A DNA stretch of 64,000 nucleotides, taken from the NCBI GenBank assembly GCA_951406725.2, contig OX597842.1, forward strand, positions 31,992,001-32,056,000, read 5' to 3'. The position numbers were made by a program, and so were the translations under genes. The notes beneath the pieces were generated by a model. The model was not told where the DNA came from and searched no databases. It was given only the letters and a program-made list of their open reading frames with translations. Every line of letters starts with the position of its first letter. Positions within the stretch are counted from its first letter, which is position 1. The stretch is from Octopus vulgaris. Its lineage: Eukaryota. Positions 41,990 to 53,665 of the stretch are shown here, piece by piece.

Positions 41990-43380
41990 CTTATTGTTTT
42001 ACTTGTTTCAGTCATTTGACTGCGACTTATTCTTTGTAAGCCTAGTACTTATTATATCGCTCTCTTTTGCCGAAACCGCTAAGTTAGGGGGATGTAAACA
42101 CACCAACGACGGTGGGAGGAACAAACACACACATACACACATATATGTATACATATATATAAACAACAGGCTTCTTTCAGTTTCCGTCTACCAAATCCAC
42201 TCACAAGGCTTTGGTCTGCCCGAGGCTATAATAGAAAACACTTGCCCAAGGTGCCATGCAGTAGGACTGAACCCGGAACCATGTGGTCGGTAAGGAAGCT
42301 ACTTACCACACAGCCACTCCTATGTGTATATACGATGGGCTTCTTTCAGTTTCCGTCTACAAAATCCACTCACAAGGTTTTGGTCGGCCCAAGGCTATAG
42401 TAGAAGACACTTGCCCAAGGTGCTATGCAGTGGGACTGAACCCAGAACCATGTGGTCCGTAAGCAAGCTACTTACCACACACCCACTCCTGTGCTTAATT
42501 GTACATTTTTTTTCCTTTGCTTATTTTAAAAGGTCCCTAAAAGAAGTTGAAGTAGGATTTGTAGTTTGACCTTGTAAAACCCTCACCAGCTATGAAAACC
42601 CCAAACAAACCCATGGGTTTAAGGGTTGTCACCTGGATGGGGCAAAGGAGTCACCCAGCAGGACAAATAGGGACTCACCAACAAATGAATGCAGCGATGT
42701 GTTGTTACAACACCTGCCACGCCACTAACTATTATGACACCCTGATAGAATTAATTAATCAAATTGTAATTCATTAATTGCTATACCCCAAAGTCCATCC
42801 CCTCCTCCCAGTTTCCGTCTACCAAATCCACTCACAAGGCATTGGTCGGCCCGAGGCTATAGAAGAAGACACTTGCCCAAGGTGCCACGCAGTGGGACTG
42901 AACCCGGAACCATGTGGTTGGTAAGCAAGCTACTTACCACACAGTTGCTCCTGCGCCTATATATATACACTATATATATACACACATACATACATATATA
43001 CATATATACGAGGAGCTTCTTTCAGTTTCTGTCTACCAAATCCACTCACAAGGCTTTGGTCGGCCCGAGGCTATAGTAGAAGACACTTGCCCAAGGTGCC
43101 ACGCAGTGAGACTGAACCCGGAACCATGTGGTTGGTAAGCAAGCTACTTACCACACAGTTGCTCCTGCGCCTATATATATATATACACTACATATACATA
43201 CACATACATATATACGACGAGCTTCTTTCAGTTTCCGTCTAGCAAATCCACTCACAAGGCTTTGGTCGGCCCTAGGCTATAGTAGAAGACATTTGCCCAA
43301 GGTGCCACGCAGTGGGACTGAACCCGGAACCATGTGGTTGGTAAACAAGCTACTTACCACACAGCCACTCCTGTGCCTAT
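41990..43380 (-). mobile_element. Cluster of OR-like SINE 5' halves (five tandem/partial copies)
   Basis: Repeated CTTCTTTCAGTTTCCGTCTACCAAATCCACTCACAAGG...GCTACTTACCACACAG at ~42170, 42340, 42810, 43015 and 43220. Confidence 0.85.
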
Positions 43381-43840
43381 TTATGTTACTAATTATGTTA
43401 CACAAATTTTCCCCTGCATGTCATAAAAAGGGCAATTAAAAGCGGTTCAGGTGGGACTTGCTCTCTGTCCTTGTGAATTCCTCACCACCAACAACTAAGC
43501 AAAATTGACTCATTGGTTGGAGGGTCCTCACATGGGTGCTAAACAGGTGTCATTTGCCAAGAGTAAGGGATCACCAATGAATAGGGGACACAGCGACACC
43601 CTGTTACACCAAATGCTACCATATTATATTATACAATTAATTAATCAAATTGTAATTCATTAATTAATTATTATACCCTCGAATGGTGCTTTTTATGTGC
43701 CACCTGCACAGGAGCCAGTCTAGCGGCACTGGCAATGACTTCGATTGAATATTTCTTCATGTGCCATCGGCACAAGTGCCAGTATGGTGACGCTGGTAAC
43801 GACCACACTCAAATGGTGCTTTTTATGTACCACCGGCAAC

Positions 43841-46800
43841 TTGGATGTTTTATAGGAATATTAGATTCACCCCAGTATATCACTGCTACTTTATTTTATC
43901 AACCCCACAGCAATGAAAGGTAAAGTTAGTGTTAGTCTTCTATTATAATTCCATTGACATCTTGGATGCTTTATAGGAATATTAAATCTACCCCAGTATA
44001 TCACTGCTACTTTATTTTATCAACCCCACAACAATGAAAGGTATAGTTAGTGTTAGTCTTCTATTATAATTCCATTGACATCTTGGATGCTTTATAGGAA
44101 TATTAAATCTACCACAGTATATCACTGCTACTTTATTTTATCAACCCCACAGCAATGAAAGGTAAAGTTAGTGTTAGTCTTCTATTATAATTCCATTGAC
44201 ATCTTGGATGCTTTATAGGAATATTAAATCTACCCCAGTATATCACTGCTACTTTATTTTATCAACCCCACAACAATGAAAGGTATAGTTAGTGTTAGTC
44301 TTCTATTATAATTCCATTGACATCTTGGATGCTTTATAGGAATATTAAATCTACCCCAGTATATCACTGCTACTTTATTTTATCAACCCCACAGCAATGA
44401 AAGGTAAAGTTAGTGTTAGTCTTCTATTATAATTCCATTGACATCTTGGATGCTTTATAGGAATATTAAATCTACACCAGTATATCACTGCTACTTTATT
44501 TTATCAACCTCACAGCAATGAAAGGTAAAGTTAGTGTTAGTCTTCTATTATAATTCCATTAACATCTTGGATGTTTTATAGGAATAATAAATCTACCCCA
44601 GTATATCACTGCTACATTATTTTATCAACCTCACAGCAATGAAAGGTAAAGTTAGTGTTAGTCTTCTATTATAATTCTATTGACATCTTGGATGTTTTAT
44701 AGGAATATTAAATCTACCCCAGTATATCACTGCTACTTTATTTTATCAGCCCCACAACAATGACAGGTAAAGTTAGTGTTAGTCTTCTATTATAATTCCA
44801 TTGACATCTTGGATGTTTTATAGGAATATTAAATCTACCCCAGTATATCACTGCTACATTATTTTATCAACCCCACAACAATGAAAGGTAAAGTTAGTGT
44901 TAGTCTTCTATTATAATTCCATTGACATCTTGGATGCTTTATAGGAATATTAAATCTACCACAGTATATCACTGCTACTTTATTTTATCAACCCCACAAC
45001 AATGAAAGGTAAAGTTAGTGTTAGTCTTCTATTATAATTCCATTGACATCTCGGATGTTTTATAGGAATATTAAATCTACCCCAGTATATCACTGCTACT
45101 TTATTTTATCAACCCCACAACAATGAAAGGTAAAGTTAGTGTTAGTCTTCTATTATAATTCCATTGACATCTCGGATGTTTTATAGGAATATTAAATCTA
45201 CCCCAGTATTTCACTGCTACTTTATTTTATCAACCCCACAACAATGAAAGGTATAGTTAGTGTTAGTCTTCTATTATAATTCCATTGACATCTTGGATGT
45301 TTTATAGGAATATTAAATCTACCACAGTTTATCACTGCTACTTTATTTTATCAACCCCACAACAATGAAAGGTAAAGTTAGTGTTAGTCTTCTATTATAA
45401 TTCCATTGACATCTAGGATGTTTTATAGGAATATTAAATCTACCCCAGTATTTCACTGCTACTTTATTTTATCAACCCCACAACAATGAAAGGTAAAGTT
45501 AGTGTTAGTCTTCTATTATAATTCCATTGACATCTTGGATGTTTTATAGGAATATTAAATCTACCACAGTATATCACTGCTACTTTATTTTATCAACCCC
45601 ACAACAATGAAAGGTAAAGTTAGTGTTAGTCTTCTATTATAATTCCATTGACATCTCGGATGTTTTATAGGAATATTAAATCTACCACAGTATATCACTG
45701 CTACTTTATTTTATCAACCCCACAACAATGAAAGGTAAAGTTAGTGTTAGTCTTCTATTATAATTCCATTGACATCTTGGATGCTTTATAGGAATATTAA
45801 ATCTACCCCAGTATATCACTGCTACTTTATTTTATCAACCCCACAACAATGAAAGGTATAGTTAGTGTTAGTCTTCTATTATAATTCCATTGACATCTTG
45901 GATGCTTTATAGGAATATTAAATCTACCCCAGTATATCACTGCTACTTTATTTTACCAACCTCACAGCAATGAAAGGTAAAGTTAGTGTTAGTCTTCTAT
46001 TATAATTCCATTGACATCTTGGATGTTTTATAGGAATATTAAATCTACCCCAGTATATCACTGCTACTTTATTTTATCAACCCCACAACAATAAAAGGTA
46101 TAGTTAGTGTTAGTCTTCTATTATAATTCCATTGACATCTTGGATGCTTTATAGGAATATTAAATCTACCACAGTATATCACTGCTACTTTATTTTATCA
46201 ACCCCACAACAATGAAAGGTATAGTTAGTGTTAGTCTTCTATTATAATTCCATTGACATCTTGGATGCTTTATAGGAATATTAAATCTACCACAGTATAT
46301 CACTGCTACTTTATTTTATCAACCTCACAGCAATGAAAGGTAAAGTTAGTGTTAGTCTTCTATTATAATTCCATTGACATCTCGGATGTTTTATAGGAAT
46401 ATTAAATCTACCCCAGTATATCACTGCTACTTTATTTTATCAACCCCACAACAATGAAAGGTAAAGTTAGTGTTAGTCTTCTATTATAATTCCATTGACA
46501 TCTTGGATGCTTTATAGGAATATTAAATCTACCCCAGTATATCACTGCTACTTTATTTTATCAACCCCACAACAATGAAAGGTATAGTTAGTGTTAGTCT
46601 TCTATTATAATTCCATTGACATCTTGGATGCTTTATAGGAATATTAAATCTACCACAGTATATCACTGCTACTTTATTTTATCAACCTCACAGCAATGAA
46701 AGGTAAAGTTAGTGTTAGTCTTCTATTATAATTCCATTGACATCTTGGATGCTTTATAGGAATATTAAATCTACCACAGTATATCACTGCTACTTTATTT

Positions 46801-48459
46801 TATCAACCTCACAGCAATGAAAGGTAAAGTTAGTGTTAGTCTTCTATTATAATTCCATTGACATCTTGGATGCTTTATAGGAATATTAAATCTACCACAG
46901 TATATCACTGCTACTTTATTTTATGAACCCCACAACAATGAAAGGTAAAGTTAGTGTTAGTCTTCTATTATAATTCCATTGACATCTTGGATGCTTTATA
47001 GGAATATTAAATCTACCCCAGTATATCACTGCTACTTTATTTTATCAACCCCACAACAATGAAAGGTATAGTTAGTGTTAGTCTTCTATTATAATTCCAT
47101 TGACATCTTGGATGCTTTATAGGAATATTAAATCTACCCCAGTATATCACTGCTACTTTATTTTATGAACCCCACAACAATGAAAGGTAAAGTTAGTGTT
47201 AGTCTTCTATTATAATTCTATTGACATCTTGGATGCTTTATAGGAATATTAAATCTACCACAGTATATCACTGCTACTTTATTTTATCAACCTCACAGCA
47301 ATGAAAGGTAAAGTTAGTGTTAGTCTTCTATTATAATTCCATTGACATCTTGGATGCTTTATAGGAATATTAAATCTACCCTAGTATATCACTGCTACTT
47401 TATTTTATGAACCCCACAACAATGAAAGGTAAAGTTAGTGTTAGTCTTCTATTATAATTCCATTGACATCTTGGATGCTTTATAGGAATATTAAATCTAC
47501 CACAGTATATCACTGCTACTTTATTTTATCAACCTCACAGCAATGAAAGGTAAAGTTAGTGTTAGTCTTCTATTATAATTCCATTGACATCTAGGATGTT
47601 TTATAGGAATATTAAATCTACCCCAGTATATCATTGCTACTTTATTTTATGAACCCCACAACAATGAAAGGTAAAGTTAGTGTTAGTCTTCTATTATAAT
47701 TCCATTGACATCTAGGATGTTTTATAGGAATATTAAATCTACCCCAGTATATCACTGCTACTTTATTTTATCAACCCCACAACAATGAAAGGTAAAGTTA
47801 GTGTTAGTCTTCTATTATAATTCCATTGACATCTTGGATGCTTTATAGGAATATTAAATCTACCCCAGTATATCACTGCTACTTTATTTAACAACCCCAC
47901 AACAATGAAAGGTATAGTTAGTGTTAGTCTTCTATTATAATTCCATTGACATCTTGGATGCTTTATAGGAATATTAAATCTACCACAGTATATCACTGCT
48001 ACTTTATTTTATCAACCTCACAGCAATGAAAGGTAAAGTTAGTGTTAGTCTTCTATTATAATTCCATTGACATCTTGGATGCTTTATAGGAATATTAAAT
48101 CTACCCCAGTATATCACTGCTACTTTATTTTATGAACCCCACAACAATGAAAGGTAAAGTTAGTGTTAGTCTTCTATTATAATTCCATTGACATCTTGGA
48201 TGCTTTATAGGAATATTAAATCTACCACAGTATATCACTGCTACTTTATTTTATCAACCCCACAACAATGAAAGGTGAAGTTAGTGTTAGTCTTCTATTA
48301 TAATTCCATTGACATCTTGGATGCTTTATAGGAATATTAAATCTACCACAGTATATCACTGCTACTTTATTTTATCAACCCCACAACAATGAAAGGTAAA
48401 GTTAGTGTTAGTCTTCTATTATAATTCCATTGACGTCTTGGATGTTTTATAGGAATATT
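43841..48459. repeat. 121-bp tandem satellite, ~38 copies
   Basis: Unit TTGGATGCTTTATAGGAATATTAAATCTACCCCAGTATATCACTGCTACTTTATTTTATCAACCCCACAACAATGAAAGGTAAAGTTAGTGTTAGTCTTCTATTATAATTCCATTGACATC; spacing 43841 to 43962. Confidence 0.97.
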
Positions 48460-48889
48460 GGATCATTTCGGTTTGAACGGCAGTTTTTTCTAGCGGTGTC
48501 ATATGAAATTGTCACCCATAATTATGACCCTAGTATCGATCCTATTACATTTCAATCTGTTTTAGGGTTAGAGTTAGGGTTAGGGTTAGGGGTGGGTGGA
48601 AGGGTATCTTTTTTTCTTCAGAAATGTAAATAAACCCAATCTGTTTCCTAAACAAGGGACATATTCATACGGCACAGAATGTTTTCACCTCAATAGATGT
48701 TAACGATTGGTTGAAATTGCAGAAATTGAAGAAAAACAACAACAAATATCTTACAAACTCTAGAATTTTCTCAATAAAGCCAAGAGAAAAAGATGTTTTG
48801 TAAACACATTCTACCAGTAGAGGAAGTTTAAAATTTTTTAGTTAAGTGGAAATTATTTTAAAAAACTGCCGTTCAGACTTAAAAGATCC
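48460..48889 (+). mobile_element. 430-bp MITE with ~30-bp TIRs (GGATC...GATCC) and an internal (TTAGGG)n-like tract
   Basis: TIRs are GGATCATTTCGGTTTGAACGGCAGTTTTTT and AAAAAACTGCCGTTCAGACTTAAAAGATCC. Flanks GGAATATT / GAAATATT may be an 8-bp TSD. Confidence 0.88.
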
Positions 48890-49164
48890 GAAATATTAAA
48901 TCTACCCCAGTATTTTATCCACCCCACAATGACGGAAGATAAAGATAGTCTTTTTTTATAATTCTGTTTACATGTCGGTTGTTTACAGGAAATTTAAAAT
49001 ATTCTTATGTGACCTAGGATATCTGCTTCTGTGTGTGTCAGTGTGTCACAGTCACAGTGTCCCAGACATATGACTATGCTGGAATGTCTGGTTTGTCGAC
49101 AGGTTAACTTCCCAGCTTTTGCTTGAACTCATTCATGGCTGAGTGAACTGCAGCAAAGTAAGTA

Positions 49165-49720
49165 CACCGGCTGAAATGCTTAGCTGTATTTTGTCTGTCT
49201 TTGCATTCTGAGTTCAAATTCCACCGAGGTCGACTTTGCTTTTCATCCTTTCAGGGTTGATAAATTAAGTACCAGTTACGCACTGGGGTCGATGTAATCG
49301 ACTTAATCCGTTTGTCTGCTGTCCTTCTTTGTCCTCTCTGTGTTTAGCCCCTTGTGGGTTATAAAGAAACAGGTATTTCATCTGCCATTACGTTCCGAGT
49401 TCAAATTCCGCTAAGGTCGACTTTGCCTTTTATCCTTTCAGAGTCGATAAATTAAGTACCAGTTATGCACTGGGGTCGATGTAATCGACTTAATCCGTTT
49501 GTCTGCCCTTGTTTGTCCCCTCTATGTTTAGCCCCTTGTGGGTTATAAAGAAACAGGTATTTCATCTGCCACTACGTTCCGAGTTCAAATTCCGCTAAGG
49601 TTGACTTTGCCTTTCATCCTTTCGAGGTCGATAAATTAAGTACCAGTGAAAAACAGGGGTCGATGTAATTGACTATTTCCCTTGCCCAAATTTCAGGCGT
49701 TGTGCATCCAGTAGAAAGGA
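49165..49720 (+). mobile_element. Family C SINE with a ~184-bp internal tandem repeat (x3)
   Basis: GAGTTCAAATTCC...GGTCGACTTTGCCTTTCATCCTTTC...GATAAATTAAGTACCAG repeated at ~49210, 49397 and 49581. Confidence 0.85.
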
Positions 49721-50024
49721 TTATTATCAAAAAAAAAAAAGAAGTAATATAAAAGGAGAAAGGGGCTCTCGACCCCTTTTTGACCAGGCTCCTGTGGTTT
49801 TTATGGGTTTTTTCCATGAGTAACCTATCGAAGTGCCTCCCCCTATTGAGAGTTTTACTTGTTATATATATTTTCGTTGTTATTTAAATGTTTACGTGGA
49901 CCTTTCTATCGGACAAAACCCTTTGTAATTTTCGTCCTGTGTTTGTCCTTACATGTTTCTTTAATTTTTGTTAGCCCTTGTGGCCAATAAACCAGAATTT
50001 ATTATTATTATTATTATTATTATT

Positions 50025-50579
50025 GAGTGAGAGAGCAGTTCATGCCATCAAAGTGACACTTGGGTAAAATATACGAAGCCCAATATACCCATCATGACTA
50101 CCCGTCTGATAAAGGTACACCAGGCACATGCATCACAACCATATGTGCGCGACATGGTGATCTCATATCAAGATAAACAGCACATGACCTTGCAGGTGGG
50201 GCCCAGTTAGAATTTTTTTCAAGTTGAGTAGCCCATCCCGCTCAAAAGGTCCCTGAATAAGGGTTGTTTAAGGATGTTGAAAGAACCACCCATGTTTCCA
50301 GAGGTGAACTATTCAAACCCCAAAGAATCCCTCTCAACACATGGCCATGATGCTCTCCCACTACTTCTGCTCGTGATCAGAGATACACATATCGTCAGCC
50401 ACTAAGGGACATGCTCAACTGGTTAAGGTCAAACAACTGACAAGCAAATCTGTGGTATTGAGCAGAATATTTGCTGTAGCCCATCTTTTATACCAAGACA
50501 AAACAATGTACATGATAACACTTCCAATCAGTTAAGATCAGAAGCCATGAGAGCCACTGCCTGGTACTGCATCAGGGCA

Positions 50580-50580
<1 letters not shown>
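50025..50580 (-). mobile_element. Reverse copy of the 560-bp (TAA)n-embedded element
   Basis: Reverse complement of 31664-32225, flanked by (TTA)n on both sides. Confidence 0.85.
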
Positions 50581-50614
<34 letters not shown>

Positions 50615-51147
50615 GCAAGGCAGCAAGATGGCAGAGTCTTTAGCACACTGGACGAAACACTTAGCGGTAATTCACTTGCTACTGCGTTCTGAGGTCAAAA
50701 TCTGCTGAGGTCGACTTTGCCTTTCATCCATTCGGGGTCGATAAATTAGGTACCAGTTGCATCCTGGGTCGATCTAATGGACTGGCCCCCTCCTCCAAAA
50801 TGTCAGGCCTTGTACCTAGAACTGGAGCAAAGTAAAAAAAAAAAGTGTTTTGCTCAAGAACACACTGCATTACCTGCACCAGGGATTGAACCCACAATCT
50901 TAAGATTGTGAGTGCAAACACCTGAACCACTATGCCACGTGACTTAATCAAACAAGTTGGTGAAAAAACTATTTAAAAAACAAATATGGGTCCCAGCTCA
51001 TTTTGCAGAAGGTTAATAGTTAGGAATAGGGGCTGAAATATTTTCCAGTTCTGGCCCTGAAATCCTGGCTGCAGCTTTGCGACAGAACCGTTGCCAAGTA
51101 AAGCAGGAAAGTGTCGACACTGACTTAACTGTTGTTTCTCCATGCAG

Positions 51148-51434
51148 ATGGCGACCCTGAGTAATCGCTGCTCCGAACGGTTCCACTTGAACTATTTTGC
51201 TTGGGTGAACAAACAACAGATTCCGTGTTCTTCACCTTGCTGCTACTGCTGCTGTTTCACGGTTCAATGGTTAGCGGTGCAGTGGTGGGTGGAGGTGGTG
51301 TAGGGTGTGGTGTGGTGGGGGTTGGCGCTGACTACCCACCTGCGAAAATAATTGGTCTTCAAATTGAATCTGCTCCATGGATGGTGCCATGGCGGAGGTG
51401 GAGGAAGGAGCACAATGGTTGTAGAGGGTGTTGA
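51148..51434 (+). pseudogene. Possible frameshifted host-gene 5' exon fragment (signal-peptide-like; CNNM-like guess)
   Basis: Unique GC-richer island. Acceptor-like TTAACTGTTGTTTCTCCATGCAG|ATGGCG; MATLSNRC...(frameshift)...FFTLLLLLLFHGSMVSGAVVGGGG...PAKIIGLQIESAP. The family guess rests on one short motif. Confidence 0.3.
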
Positions 51435-51894
51435 TTGATTTGTGTGTATGTGTGTGTGTATATATGTGTATATATATATATATGTACATATATGTGTGTA
51501 TATATATGTATGTGTTTATATGTGTATGTATATATTTACATGTGTATATATATATGTATATATATGTGTGTATATATATATGTATATATGTGTATGTATT
51601 ATATATGTATGTAAATGTTTGTGTGTGTATATATATATGTATATATATATATATGTGTGTGTATATATATATATGTATATATATGTGTGTATATATGTGT
51701 ATGTATATATTTACATGTGTATATATATGTATGTATATGTGTGTATATATATATGTATATATTATATATGTATATAAATGTTTGTGTATGCATATATATA
51801 TGTATATATATATGTGTGTGTGTGTGTATATGTATATATATGTGTGTATATATATATATGTATATATATATGTGTATATATGTATATATATAAG

Positions 51895-52395
51895 AGCCTT
51901 TTAGATCTGATGTAGTGATTTTTCTTTTGCTTCTTCGGACAAACTGACCTTTCCTCATCATATAACACTCACATCTGATGTCTTCATGGAGAGCATTTCT
52001 GACGTTTCCTTCTGAAACATGGAGATCTTTTGCAATTGACCTCATGGACTTTCTGAGATTGTAATCAACGGTCCTTTGAACTTGCTGGATAAATTCAGAT
52101 GTTCTGATGATTTCAGAGTGTTTAGAATGCTTTTTATGCTTTGATACTGGTGATACATTTCCATCTTCAGTCTCTAACTACTTACAAAACTTTGTGACGA
52201 AAAACCTGTCAACTTTAAAAACTCAAGATATTTCTAAATCCCTTTGCTCAGCCTTTATAACCACAATAACAGCATGCCTCTTCATTTCTTGAGTAAGCTG
52301 AGGGTCTGCCATTATTATTTTCTGAAACAAAGATTATACAGAGTTAGCGAAAAATGCATCAATGACCCCCAAAAAGGTATGTCCCTGATGGACCG
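51895..52395 (-). pseudogene. Tc1/mariner-superfamily transposase N-terminal (HTH) fragment
   Basis: MADPQLTQEMKRHAVIVVIKA...IRTSEFIQQVQRTV...KSMRSIAKDLHVSEGNVRNALHEDI...RKGQF, with in-frame stops. Confidence 0.75.
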
Positions 52396-52438
52396 TTAGC
52401 TCCTACACGCATTTTTCTCTCCTTGTTTCTTTTCTGTG

Positions 52439-52480
52439 TATCTTTCTGTCGAAGAGCGTAGGCTCGAAACGTAAAAGACT
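52439..52480 (+). ncRNA. Minimal type I hammerhead-like motif with a variant core
   Basis: TCTTT-CTGTCGAA-GAGC-GTAG-GCTC-GAAA-CG-TA-AAAGA. Stems I and II are perfect, stem III is the palindrome ACGT, and the core deviates from CUGANGA. Confidence 0.55.
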
Positions 52481-52574
52481 TGTTTTATTTCTATTCCTGA
52501 GTGCCATACTAATACATTGTTTGTTCGTACTCCACCTGCCTTCGTCTTTTGTTTATTTTCGTAAACCTTCCCTT

Positions 52575-52608
<34 letters not shown>

Positions 52609-53084
52609 TATGCATGTATATACCTATCATCATCATCATCATTTAGCCTCCGCTTTCCATGCTAGCATGGGTTGGATGGTTCAACTGGGGTCTGTGAAGC
52701 CAGGAGGCTGCATCAGGCCCAGTCTTATCTGGCAGTGTTTCTACGGCTGGATGGCCTTCCTAACGTCAACCACTCCGTGAGTGTAGTGGGTGCTTTTTAC
52801 GTGCCACCCGCACAGGTGCCAGACGGAGCTGGCAAACGGCCACGGACGGATGGTGCTTTTTACATGCCACCGGCACAGGGGCCAGGCGAGGCTGGCAACA
52901 GCCACGATCGGATGGTGCTTTTTATGTGCCACCGGCACGGAGGCCAGTCGGGGCATATATATATATGTATGTACATTCATTTATACATCCATTCTTCCCT
53001 GTATATGTATATATTCATATATACATTTACATGCACATATATATACATATACATATGTGTATATATGTGTGTGGAGAAATGAAT

Positions 53085-53665
53085 GTTAAGTATGTATATA
53101 TTTACATGTGTATATATATGTATGTATATGTGTGTATATATATATGTATATATTATATATGTATATAAATGTTTGTGTATGCATATATATATGTATATAT
53201 ATATATGTGTGTGTGTATATATGTATATATATGTGTATATATATATATATATGTATATATATATGTGTATATATGTATATATATAAGAGCCTTTTAGATC
53301 TGATGTAGTGATTTTTCTTTTGCTTCTTCGGACAAACTGACCTTTCCTCATCATATAAGCACTGATGTCTTCATGGACGTAAAAAGCACTGATGTTCCTT
53401 CTGACACATGGAGATCTTTTGCAATTGACCTCATGGACTTTCTGGGATTGTAATCAATGGTCTGTTGAACTTGCTGGATAAATTCAGGTGTTCTGATGAT
53501 TTCAGAGCATTTAGAATGCTTTTTATGCTTTGATACTGGTGATACATTTCCATCTTCAGTCTCTAACTCCTTACAAACTTTGTAGACGAAAGATCTGGCA
53601 CTTTTAAAAATCAAGATATTTCTAAATCACTATGCTCAGCCTTTATAACCACAATAACAGCATGC
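53085..53665 (-). pseudogene. Duplicate of the microsatellite plus Tc1/mariner fragment
   Basis: Matches 51700-52275; FVYKVCKELETEDGNVSP...KSMRSIAKDLHVSEG. Confidence 0.8.

Noticed and set aside
48560-48595. Telomere or interstitial fusion site
   Set aside because: Only ~5 imperfect TTAGGG units are present, internal to a dispersed MITE.
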